Source of the DNA: Prochlorococcus sp. MIT 0801
GTDB taxonomy: Bacteria > Cyanobacteriota > Cyanobacteriia > PCC-6307 > Cyanobiaceae
Assembly (NCBI RefSeq): GCF_000757865.1
Contig: NZ_CP007754.1
Coordinates: 1,170,001-1,202,000 of the forward strand
DNA: 32,000 nt
Reading direction: 5' to 3'
Part shown: piece after piece, positions 24,511 to 32,000 of the stretch
Position numbering within the stretch: position 1 is the first letter of the stretch
Layout: the number at the start of each line of letters is the position of its first letter
Made by a program: the position numbers and the translations under genes
Notes under the pieces: generated by a model
Told to the model about the DNA's origin: nothing
The model's database searches: none
What the model saw: only the letters and a program-made list of their open reading frames with translations

Positions 24511-24601
24511 CATTAAAAAAGACAGGCTGGGGAACCTGTCTCTGACTGATCGGGGCGACAGGATTCGAACCTGCGACCTAGTGCTCCCAAAGCGATAGGT
24601 T
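24511..24601 (-). repeat. att repeat 2: 3' 44 nt of tRNA-Pro(UGG) (24550-24593) plus its terminator; not an intact tRNA
   Basis: 88/91 identical to 14789-14879 in the same orientation. The sequence to its right (the tRNA 5' side) has no D-arm or CGGGGCG acceptor strand. Confidence 0.85.
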
Positions 24602-24606
24602 TGATT

Positions 24607-24714
24607 AAGCTATAACTTGTCTTTAAAGCTATAACTCTAATTATATCTACAGTTTCTTTCTAATACTTTCTAATACTTTCTAAAATATGGTTGCTTTTTC
24701 CCAAGTTTTTCCCA
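24607..24714 (+). promoter_or_regulatory. Cluster of short direct repeats between att repeat 2 and int2 (candidate arm-type sites/promoter)
   Basis: AAGCTATAACT occurs twice (24607-24617, 24626-24636). CTTTCTAATA occurs as 2.6 tandem units (24656-24685). TTTTTCCCA occurs twice (24695-24703, 24706-24714). None of these resemble the GAGATCCC repeats of element 1. Confidence 0.4.
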
Positions 24715-24747
24715 ATAATATACCTAGTGCCTACAACGTTTTGATAA

Positions 24748-25965
24748 GTGCCACAAACCAAGCAAAAAGAAGAATGGGTTAAGCACTACAAAGACCAACT
24801 AAAAGAATTCTTTGGCAAAGGTTCTGGTTGGTATGTATCGCAAAGTGCTGGAAATATTAAATTAGAAGTTCTTGTTAATGGAAAAAAGGAAAGTAGAACT
24901 CTTCCTTATAAATGGAGCAAATCTGGCTTTGCTGTTGGAGTAGAGGAAATCAAGCAAATATTTAAAAGGTTCCATACTGGAAAAACAACAACGCTTGCTG
25001 GTGCTTGTGACATCACCAGTGCATCCAATTCAACAATTGAGACTAACTGGGAAGAACTATTTACTGCTTATAAAAAATTTGTACCGCAAGCCTCTGCCAA
25101 AACATGGGGAAAAAGTTATTACAAGACATCTGAGCAATTAGAGAAAGCAATAAAACCGCCTGTTTTAAATCAAGTGGAAAGATTGATGGCGAAAAAGAAA
25201 AAGCCTACAAATGGAACTGAATTAATGATGCAGGCGTTGGAGCCTTGGGAACAAGGATCAAGAGCAAGGCAAATTTCTAGAAGAGTATTAAAAGGATTTC
25301 TTGAATGGGCAGTATTAAATGCAAAGCTCACCGCGAATTTCGCTCCGCCTGCTGTTATTCCAGAGATCAGAGATGATAAAAGAATTGGTTATGCCTTAAG
25401 TGATATTCAGATTCTTTCGTTAATAGAAAACGAACCGGATGATAAATGGAAATATGTCTACCAACTTTTAGCGGTATTTGGATTAAGGCCAGCAGAATTA
25501 AAATATCTAAGAATTATTGATGGTGAACTTTGGTGTACTTACGGGAAAAGCATGGGTGGGAAGAAAGGTAAGAAAACAAAACGTAGAAAACTATCACCTA
25601 TTCCTTTAAAAAATATTGATGGGAAAGCCATTGAATTCAACCTTATAAAAAGAATCCAACTTGGTGAAGAAATGCCACCTCTAGGGCGTGAAGGTGAGAC
25701 AGCTATGGCACTTAGAACCCATCTAAGAGGATGGAAATTATGGAAGCAATACAGAGAGGAGGCAACAAAAATCGATGAGGTTCTCGTCCCTTATACGTTT
25801 AGGCATCGATACGCAAAAGCTAGTCATGCTTTGGGTTTTCCAATCAAAAACATTGCTGAAGCAATGGGACACACAGCCGAAGTCCACCTCGAAAATTATG
25901 CAAGATTTCAACCAGATGGAACTACCGAAATGTATAAAGCTGCCTTTGAAGGGATAGCAGCATGA
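24748..25965 (+). CDS. int: Tyrosine recombinase / integrase 2
   Basis: 405 aa with a GTG start. The catalytic signature is GLRPAEL, FRHRYAKASH and MGHTAEVHLENYARF. It shares the family with int1 but is clearly divergent. Confidence 0.9.
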   Translation: MPQTKQKEEWVKHYKDQLKEFFGKGSGWYVSQSAGNIKLEVLVNGKKESRTLPYKWSKSGFAVGVEEIKQIFKRFHTGKTTTLAGACDITSASNSTIETNWEELFTAYKKFVPQASAKTWGKSYYKTSEQLEKAIKPPVLNQVERLMAKKKKPTNGTELMMQALEPWEQGSRARQISRRVLKGFLEWAVLNAKLTANFAPPAVIPEIRDDKRIGYALSDIQILSLIENEPDDKWKYVYQLLAVFGLRPAELKYLRIIDGELWCTYGKSMGGKKGKKTKRRKLSPIPLKNIDGKAIEFNLIKRIQLGEEMPPLGREGETAMALRTHLRGWKLWKQYREEATKIDEVLVPYTFRHRYAKASHALGFPIKNIAEAMGHTAEVHLENYARFQPDGTTEMYKAAFEGIAA

Positions 25966-26726
25966 ACACCAAAGACCTAGCCAAAAAAATTCAATATTTT
26001 GATGATTGCTACAGGAAAGGAGAGGCCAAAATATCTGATGTTGAATTTGATCAGCTAGTTAAACAACTCAAAGCAAGAAATCCTAATCATCCTGCAATTA
26101 ATCCAGAAGGTATGAAACTTCTTTCACTTGGTAATAGCTGCTTTTCCGAATGGTGGGCTGAGAAAGCTAGAAATGAAACCATGATTGTTCAGCCTAAATT
26201 TGATGGCTGCGCTCTTGGCCTTAGATACCAATCTGGAACATTAGTAGGAGCCTTTACTAGGAGTGGGAAAGATGTAACCGAGGCAGCTAGAACTATTGCA
26301 AATATTCCTCTGGAGCTGCCTGAACTTGGTGAGTCAGTAAGTGAAAGTCCAGTAGAAATTAGAGGCGAATTATATGGGCCAAATTTAAGTAGAACTAAAA
26401 GCCAAGCATTAGCAGCTGGTCATTTAAGAAAGCGAGTTCCCACAGGTATGGGGCTTTCTTTCGTGGCTTATGAAATTCTTGGATCAACTCAAAATGAAAT
26501 TGATGATATTAAAAAATTAGAATCGTGGTTCTTTGAAATTCCGCCAACAAATAGAACTGCAGATCCAAAGCAAGTTAAAAAATGGCATAAAGAATGGTTG
26601 GCTGGTGAATTATTTGAGAATCTTCCTTGTGACGGAATTGTCGTCAAAGTTGCGTCTGGAGCAGCCAAACAAAGACTTGGTGTTAATTCAGTTGCACCTA
26701 ATTGGGCATTGGCTTTGAAGGATTGA
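25962..26726 (+). CDS. Stand-alone NAD-dependent-DNA-ligase-type adenylation domain protein, copy 2
   Basis: 254 aa. Its ATG overlaps the int2 stop (ATGA at 25962-25965). Motifs are YRKGEAKISDVEFDQLVKQL (domain Ia), QPKFDGCAL (KxDG), IRGELY, DGIVVKV and NWALALK. It is about 80% identical to copy 1 outside the N-terminus. Confidence 0.75.
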   Translation: MNTKDLAKKIQYFDDCYRKGEAKISDVEFDQLVKQLKARNPNHPAINPEGMKLLSLGNSCFSEWWAEKARNETMIVQPKFDGCALGLRYQSGTLVGAFTRSGKDVTEAARTIANIPLELPELGESVSESPVEIRGELYGPNLSRTKSQALAAGHLRKRVPTGMGLSFVAYEILGSTQNEIDDIKKLESWFFEIPPTNRTADPKQVKKWHKEWLAGELFENLPCDGIVVKVASGAAKQRLGVNSVAPNWALALKD

Positions 26727-26885
26727 TGTCTGACTAAAAAAACATTGAGCTAAAACTCTTGATTAAATAAAGAAGCAACTAAGAGATTTTTTAACTTTTG
26801 ATATGGGTTTATCAATTAAGAACTAAAAGGCTCAGACAAGTTGATATAGTAAAAATATAAAAACTATACACTTAATCGGACTGAT

Positions 26886-29108
26886 ATGACTCTGAGTGGT
26901 GTTACTGCATCTGGAAGCAAATATACAGTCTCAGTTATCAATCGACCTGCAAATTTAAACGTAAGCGAATCCCTTTTAGCCCTAAATGGTGAAGCTGCAA
27001 TTAAATATATTGGAGAATATCTCAAATGGCAGGGAACACTAGATATTGGTATTGAATTTGATATCAACAATACAGTTAAGAATTGGGAGGAAACTGGCAA
27101 TGCATATGCCTGTCATGGAGGACATGTATTCGATAGTAAATCAGGAGAATACAGGACAGCTGCATATGTTGAAGCAACAACTGGTATAGATACAACAGCT
27201 AGTAATGGAAGGGAAATAGATGCGGGAACATGGATTTCAAGTTGGGTAACTGATGTTCTTTGGAAAGGATATGGAGATGAAACAGCATACATAGTTGATG
27301 ACTATAGTTACTCTCTTGATGCAGTCGAGGAAAATCCAACAATATCTAATTCAGGAGAAATGAATTTCTTCGCCGTGATGGTTCATGAAATTTTTCATGG
27401 CTTAGGATTCTGGGCAATAAATAACCCTACCTTCTCTCCCTTTGATTTCGACATTATTGGTGACAATGGCTATGTCACTGGAACCAATATCAATAAGGTA
27501 TTAGGCACTTCAATGCCTTGGAACCTGACCCAAGCACATCATGCATTAGGAGATTCAAAACATAATCTTATGTATGAAAGAAAATCGGGAGCGAAGTATC
27601 AAATAACAAATTTAGACCTAGCTGTTCTTGCAGACTATGGATGGGAAATCTACAAATGGGCTGAAAAATTTGTCAGATTATCTGCAAATAATAATGTCGT
27701 TTCAACTGGAGCCGATGAAGGCGAATCAATCACCATAAATATAGACACTGATCATATTGTTGGTGGGGCTACATATAATTATTCAATTTCTGGTATTTCA
27801 GATTCAGATTTAAGTTCTGGCTCAACAAATGGATCGGTCACAGTTGATTCAGATGGAGATACAACTATAACTTTTGGCTTAAAATCTGATGCACTCACTG
27901 AAGGAATAGAAAATTTAATTTTTTCTATTGATGAAGAAAGTATAACCATTCCAATCAATGACACCTCTTTAACTAATCAAACTCCATCTAATATCAGCCT
28001 CTCATCTTCTTCCTTTAATGAGCATATTGCTGCAGCTTCTACGGTCGCAACTCTCTCAACGACGGATGCTGATTCATCCGATACGCATACCTACTCCTTA
28101 GTAACTGGCTCAGGTGATACCGATAATGATTCATTCACCATTGATGGTTCATCTTTAAAAATCAAAGCTTCTCCTGATTACGAGACAAAATCTTCCTACA
28201 ACATTCGCTTACAAACAACTGATAGTAGTGGTGAAACCTACGCCAAAACATTCACGCTTTCTGTTAATGATATCGATGAATTCACCGCAACCATTTCAGG
28301 AACATCCAGCACTGATAGTTTACAAAGTACGAGTGGTAACGATTCAATCGATGGGCTAGGTGGTACAGATACAGTTACTTATACCGCCAGCTTCTCCAAC
28401 TATTCCTTTACCCGTGGCACAGACACCCTACAAATAGCCGATCAACGTACGACAGGTACAACCGATGGAACCGATACTCTTAAAAATATTGAATACATTC
28501 AATTTACTGATCAAACAGTAGAAGAATCAAAAGTAGACGTAGTTAAAACCTATAGCGGTAATTTTAGCGATTATAAGTTCTACAACAAAGGTAATGGTAA
28601 ATATGAGATCAAAACTGATTCTGGCTATGACGATATCACTGGCTATCCTCTACTAACATTTACAGGAGAAGCAACAACTAGCTCCTTCCGTGATGTAAGT
28701 GCCATTGTTGATATCAAAGGGACATTTGACCAAGTCACTGGTTTAGACACAGACGATGCAAAGATGTTCCGTTTATATAACGCTTCTTTCAAACGCCTTC
28801 CAGATCCTGATGGGTTGAAGTATTGGATTGGTAAATATAGTTCTGGAGAGAATGATTCAAGAGCAGTTGCATCTTCTTTCTTAGTTTCTGCAGAATTTAA
28901 GGAGCGATACGGAGAGAACGTTTCTAATGCAAAGTATGTTGAGACTCTTTATACAAATGTCCTTGGTAGGGACTATGACCAAGATGGTTATAACTATTGG
29001 CTAGGTAATTTAAATGCAGGTACTGAAACAAGATATGAACTCCTTTTAGGCTTTGCAGAAGCAGCAGAAAACAAAGCACTCTTTACTGAGATGACTGGTT
29101 TTGGTTGA
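26886..29108 (+). CDS. Large multidomain extracellular-type protein: HExxH metalloprotease-like region, Calx-beta-like, cadherin-like and C-terminal DUF4214 domains
   Basis: [13 protein letters not shown] gives an HExxHxxG motif. [13 protein letters not shown]...[22 protein letters not shown] is Calx-beta-like. [18 protein letters not shown]...[36 protein letters not shown]...LSVNDIDE is a cadherin repeat. The C-terminal YWIGKY...AEFKERYG...[22 protein letters not shown] is DUF4214. No N-terminal signal peptide is present, and an in-frame stop lies 36 nt upstream of the ATG. Confidence 0.8.
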   Translation: MTLSGVTASGSKYTVSVINRPANLNVSESLLALNGEAAIKYIGEYLKWQGTLDIGIEFDINNTVKNWEETGNAYACHGGHVFDSKSGEYRTAAYVEATTGIDTTASNGREIDAGTWISSWVTDVLWKGYGDETAYIVDDYSYSLDAVEENPTISNSGEMNFFAVMVHEIFHGLGFWAINNPTFSPFDFDIIGDNGYVTGTNINKVLGTSMPWNLTQAHHALGDSKHNLMYERKSGAKYQITNLDLAVLADYGWEIYKWAEKFVRLSANNNVVSTGADEGESITINIDTDHIVGGATYNYSISGISDSDLSSGSTNGSVTVDSDGDTTITFGLKSDALTEGIENLIFSIDEESITIPINDTSLTNQTPSNISLSSSSFNEHIAAASTVATLSTTDADSSDTHTYSLVTGSGDTDNDSFTIDGSSLKIKASPDYETKSSYNIRLQTTDSSGETYAKTFTLSVNDIDEFTATISGTSSTDSLQSTSGNDSIDGLGGTDTVTYTASFSNYSFTRGTDTLQIADQRTTGTTDGTDTLKNIEYIQFTDQTVEESKVDVVKTYSGNFSDYKFYNKGNGKYEIKTDSGYDDITGYPLLTFTGEATTSSFRDVSAIVDIKGTFDQVTGLDTDDAKMFRLYNASFKRLPDPDGLKYWIGKYSSGENDSRAVASSFLVSAEFKERYGENVSNAKYVETLYTNVLGRDYDQDGYNYWLGNLNAGTETRYELLLGFAEAAENKALFTEMTGFG

Positions 29109-29120
29109 GACGTGTATTTT

Positions 29121-29354
29121 TTAAAGCACGTTATAAACTCTTCTTTGAATATTTCTTCTAATTTTTTGTTCTAAAGGTATACATCCTTGAGGTTGGAGTT
29201 GGAAGAATACTCTTCCTGAAATTGACTCGACTACATAATCATCAAGTTTACCCTTATTTAACAATCTATAGAGGGTTTTAGTAGATTTATATCCTAATAA
29301 TCGTGCTGTCTGGGAGATAGTGAAAACTTCGAAGGTTCTTGTTTGTTGTTTCAT
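29121..29354 (-). CDS. Small HTH DNA-binding protein (excisionase/regulator-like)
   Basis: 77 aa. FTISQTARLLGYKSTKTLYRLLNKGKL is a helix-turn-helix. Confidence 0.55.
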   Translation of the reverse strand: MKQQTRTFEVFTISQTARLLGYKSTKTLYRLLNKGKLDDYVVESISGRVFFQLQPQGCIPLEQKIRRNIQRRVYNVL

Positions 29355-29536
29355 CTTACGTTTTTTACATTTGCGTAAACAGTAGTTAATGCTATACTTC
29401 TCGGCTTTTCTGTTAAAGATCCGTGTAAAACCGTGTCCATATTTAGTGGCCTGTGCTTACTGGAATTTTGGGCCCCGAAAGTAACCTCATCAAAACGGCC
29501 AGAGAAGATCCATCACACCATATATAGACAATAATA

Positions 29537-29572
29537 AGGGGGGGGAGAAACACTCCTGAAACTCCCCCCAAT
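29537..29572 (-). terminator. G/C-homopolymer hairpin downstream of the capsid gene
   Basis: GGGGGGAG (29539-29546) / CTCCCCCC (29561-29568) with a 14-nt loop in AT-rich flanks. No clean T-tract follows, so terminator function is uncertain. Confidence 0.4.
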
Positions 29573-29592
29573 TTATTATTTAGTAATAAGAA

Positions 29593-31194
29593 TTAGGTAG
29601 CAATGGCGTCAACCATTGCAGCAAATGATTGAGGGTGCCTAACAGCTATATCGATTGATTGTAAGGCTCTAATACCTGTTGTTCCTTTTGCAAAGTCTGT
29701 ATATGGATCAACAAGAATTTCTAAGTTACCCCACATTCCAATCATTAAGTCTGCAAAGTTTCCATAAATAATTGCACTTAAATTTGATCCAGTGCCTTTA
29801 GATAAGTTGCTTGGAACATTGTTGCTAACAACTAAACGTCTACCGCTGATCCTTGAATCACCTAAAGATGCACCATAAGGATTTAATAGATAATTACTTT
29901 GATCGTCTTTAAGTTGTGATAGTGCTGCTTCAACTTTGGTATTAGTTAAATAGCCAGCCGTTGAGACATCAGCGTTATCAATAGAGATTTCTTTTTTTAG
30001 CTCAAGTAAATGATCAATTGTTGGTGCAAGACCATTTGTTCCACCTGCAACGCTACCTATTCCACTTGTGTTGAGAATTCCTCTAGGTTGATTAGATGAT
30101 CCTGTTCCTGTAATAGCAGCTAAATCAATTGCCTCTGCAATAACAGCTAGGAAATCACTTCTTACTAAACCCTCTATCTCTGGTGTTGCCTGTAGATCCA
30201 TTAAATGACTGAATTTGCTATATGCACCAATGGTTTTGGGTGTCATTGCAATACTGCCTAAAGCTCCAGTTGACTCAGTAATTGAGTCAGAATTGTCTGC
30301 ACCAATCCAATAGGCACTGGCTGATCCACTACGAGTAGGAATATCGACATTGCCCACTAATGATGGAAGCATTGTTGCTCCAAGTTCAGCTACAGCAAGG
30401 CTGTTTCTGAGACTATCTACAAATCGATCTGCAAGATGTTCAGTCGCAATCAGATTGCCACCAGAAGCAGCAGTGCCAGCCACATAAGCCCTTGTAGACC
30501 AACCGTTAGAAGGGACGAAGAAGCCTTGAGTTCTTTTGCCATTAACTCTTTCAAGTTCTGTATTTATTTCTAACTCTCTTCCAGATAAACCTCTGCCAGA
30601 TGCGATACCTTTTGCAGCTTGAATAATAGAGAAATTATCTGATTCTCTTGCAAACTCATCTGGAATAGATGTGTTGATTGGTTCGTAGTTTGAAACTGGA
30701 GTTGTTGTCATTTGATTAGCAGGAATTGATGTGGAACGATTAACGCCAATAGATGGATCAGCAGGGATTGAAACGATGCTCAACTCAACTGGTTGCCATG
30801 AAATAGCTCTTGTTATTTCTTCGTCTTGCTCTACTTGATTGACTTGATATCCAACAGAAATATTTTCCAGAATATTATTTTCAACATCTTTTCTAATCTC
30901 TAATGCTCTTGGATTAGTCGCCCATTTAATAGTGGCTTTGCCTCTCTTGTCTTCGATCCAAGCTTTGGTGACTTTGCCCAAAACTTGGTTGGGATCATGG
31001 TTGAACAATAGTGGAGCTGCACCTGTATTTAGACGAGTTAAATCAACAGATTCCTCATCATGGTCGAGTACTTCCTCTCCAAAATATCTTTCTACTGGTT
31101 GCTCACTACTAAATGAAAAAGTGAGATTATCCCGTTCTGTTTGAGCATCCATGGGAAGAAATCTCCTTTTGATTTCAACGGTTTTTGTAGTCAT
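29593..31194 (-). CDS. Fusion of HK97-family prohead serine protease (S78) and HK97-fold major capsid protein
   Basis: The N-terminal about 150 aa reads FSFSSEQPVERYFGEEVLDH...LLFNHD...LGKV...ISVGY...ELSIVSIPADP, the S78 His/Ser context. The C-terminal about 330 aa reads GGNLIATEHLADRFVDSLRNSLAVAELGATMLP...AYWIGADN...KFSHLMDLQATPEIEGLV...ILVDPYT, which is Phage_capsid (HK97) family-like. Confidence 0.85.
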   Translation of the reverse strand: MTTKTVEIKRRFLPMDAQTERDNLTFSFSSEQPVERYFGEEVLDHDEESVDLTRLNTGAAPLLFNHDPNQVLGKVTKAWIEDKRGKATIKWATNPRALEIRKDVENNILENISVGYQVNQVEQDEEITRAISWQPVELSIVSIPADPSIGVNRSTSIPANQMTTTPVSNYEPINTSIPDEFARESDNFSIIQAAKGIASGRGLSGRELEINTELERVNGKRTQGFFVPSNGWSTRAYVAGTAASGGNLIATEHLADRFVDSLRNSLAVAELGATMLPSLVGNVDIPTRSGSASAYWIGADNSDSITESTGALGSIAMTPKTIGAYSKFSHLMDLQATPEIEGLVRSDFLAVIAEAIDLAAITGTGSSNQPRGILNTSGIGSVAGGTNGLAPTIDHLLELKKEISIDNADVSTAGYLTNTKVEAALSQLKDDQSNYLLNPYGASLGDSRISGRRLVVSNNVPSNLSKGTGSNLSAIIYGNFADLMIGMWGNLEILVDPYTDFAKGTTGIRALQSIDIAVRHPQSFAAMVDAIAT

Positions 31195-31309
31195 TCCTTT
31201 CCTCTTTTTGTAATTGCAGATAACGTCTTCTCATTGGTGAAGTAAGAGCATCATCTAGGACGTGTTTGCACACTCTTGGTGTGTCGTCATCAACTAAAAG
31301 CTGAGTCAT
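31175..31309 (-). CDS. Possible 44-aa ORF overlapping the capsid start (below the ORF-track cutoff)
   Basis: Manual translation gives MTQLLVDDDTPRVCKHVLDDALTSPMRRRYLQLQKEERNDYKNR*. It overlaps the capsid-fusion start by 20 nt in another frame. Confidence 0.2.
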   Translation of the reverse strand: MTQLLVDDDTPRVCKHVLDDALTSPMRRRYLQLQKEERNDYKNR

Positions 31310-31631
31310 AAAATATTGCGAATAATATATTTTATCTGTAAAAACTATTGGTATAGCTGTTGTTTTGGTGGGTAAATGAAATTAAAAACTAAATAGTATT
31401 ATATGCCAACTAATAACTCTTAATTAATGTTAAAACGACTAAAAATGTCTTAAAACAGCTTAAATACATATTTCAATTTCGATACATAATTAATGCTGTC
31501 TCGGTGCCTCAGGTGTCTCGGCATTTTCTATACCTTTCCCAGTATTGTTATCTATCTATAAATTACTACCTTCAACTTTATTATCTGAGACACTGAGGCG
31601 GAAGGGCTAAAGCCCAACCACCAGAACAGGT

Positions 31632-32000
31632 TTACCCCGCCTCGGAAGAAGCCAAATCTACTGAGGCTTCTGAGGCAGACTTTCTCCATAGTCTTGGTTG
31701 CTTGACTCCATTAATTCGTTTTTGATTTTTATCTTGGACGAAACCTAATTCTCTTAGAGCGTTACCAGCTTCCTTACAATCGTGAGCTGTTATACGACCA
31801 CGATCTCTGCAACCACTTAAGTGGAGAGCTGTTTCTGCAGAGAATCCATCTGATCCTTGCTTATTTACCCACTCATACAAGCTTGAATAAAAAGGATGCT
31901 CAGCTTCAAAGTCACTATTATTCAACTCTGATTGAGCATGTTCTTCAGGAGACAGATAACACTTGTAGCCATTTAGATAAGCGAGGTGAGCAGCTTTCCA
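31632..32000 (-). CDS. Partial CDS (C-terminal about 122 aa; N-terminus beyond the window): C-terminus of a VirE/P4-type primase-helicase-like protein
   Basis: The frame stays open upstream of the tracked TTG (31925) to nt 32000 (WKAAHLAYLNGYKCYLSPEEHAQSELNNSDF...). The tail ...ITAHDCKEAGNALRELGFVQDKNQKRINGVKQPRLWRK resembles the winged-helix-like C-terminal segment found at the end of phage/plasmid primase-helicases. The call is tentative. Confidence 0.45.
   Translation of the reverse strand, partial: WKAAHLAYLNGYKCYLSPEEHAQSELNNSDFEAEHPFYSSLYEWVNKQGSDGFSAETALHLSGCRDRGRITAHDCKEAGNALRELGFVQDKNQKRINGVKQPRLWRKSASEASVDLASSEAG

Larger units (their letters stand above)
24602..32000 (+). mobile_element. 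Integrative element 2 (partial, continues beyond the window): integrase-ligase-like module, cargo and phage-satellite-like genes
   Basis: It starts at att repeat 2 with its own integrase in the position int1 occupies in element 1. It contains an HTH protein, a prohead-protease::capsid fusion and a primase/helicase-like C-terminus. No right-hand att or intact tRNA-Pro is seen before 32000. Confidence 0.55.

Noticed and set aside
24656-24685. Tandem 10-nt CTTTCTAATA repeats as a possible CRISPR or minisatellite
   Set aside because: Only 2.6 units are present, with no spacers, and the units are far too short for CRISPR. They are better explained as integrase arm or promoter repeats.
14006-26726. 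The ligase-like genes as bona fide replicative ligA
   Set aside because: At 254-261 aa they lack the OB, Zn-finger, HhH and BRCT domains required for LigA function. They are also duplicated on mobile DNA, so they are reported as stand-alone adenylation-domain proteins instead.
25775-27964. ORFs 25775..25957 (+), 26533..26718 (+), 26864..27100 (-) and 27779..27964 (-)
   Set aside because: They are alternative-frame or antisense ORFs inside int2, ligase-like gene 2 and the 740-aa gene.
30932-31144. 70-aa plus-strand ORF
   Set aside because: It is antisense within the protease-capsid fusion gene.

Overview
AT-rich window whose gene content (pstS, a small Pho-type porin, gap1-arsJ-chrA, arsR-acr3, many orphan ORFs under 100 aa) resembles a genomic island of a marine picocyanobacterium, probably Prochlorococcus-like (inference from gene content and synteny only). 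It has three zones. (1) 1-10.1 kb holds phosphate-scavenging and arsenic-detoxification genes, with Pho-box-like 8-3-8-3-8 arrays and a perfect 34-nt palindrome in the gap1/arsR divergent promoter. (2) 10.1-14.0 kb is a hypervariable stretch of small ORFs, including a DUF411 metal-binding cassette. It is bracketed by two about 93%-identical 148-nt copies of a 3'UTR-plus-terminator module. (3) 14.0-32 kb is the most interesting part. A 91-nt sequence made of the 3' 44 nt of tRNA-Pro(UGG) plus its terminator occurs twice in direct orientation, exactly 9722 bp apart, and neither copy is an intact tRNA. A different tyrosine integrase gene starts about 150 bp to the right of each copy. This indicates a tandem array of two integrative elements using one tRNA-Pro att site. 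Element 1 (14880-24510) carries an integrase, an HTH protein, a RepA-like P-loop replication protein, a small-terminase-like HTH protein and cargo: a secreted trypsin-like protease, an Mrr-nuclease::ParA-ATPase fusion and small membrane peptides. It has 10-bp terminal inverted repeats and duplicated GAGATCCC arm-type motifs. Element 2 (24602 to beyond 32000) carries an integrase translationally coupled to a stand-alone NAD-ligase-type adenylation-domain protein, a 740-aa HExxH/Calx-beta/cadherin/DUF4214 protein, an HTH protein, a prohead-protease::HK97-capsid fusion and the C-terminus of a primase/helicase-like protein. That gene set resembles a phage satellite. The architecture matches what I recall of the tycheposon class of Prochlorococcus island elements. 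No CRISPR array, rRNA or intact tRNA is visible. All domain calls come from motif reading by eye and need HMM or BLAST confirmation.
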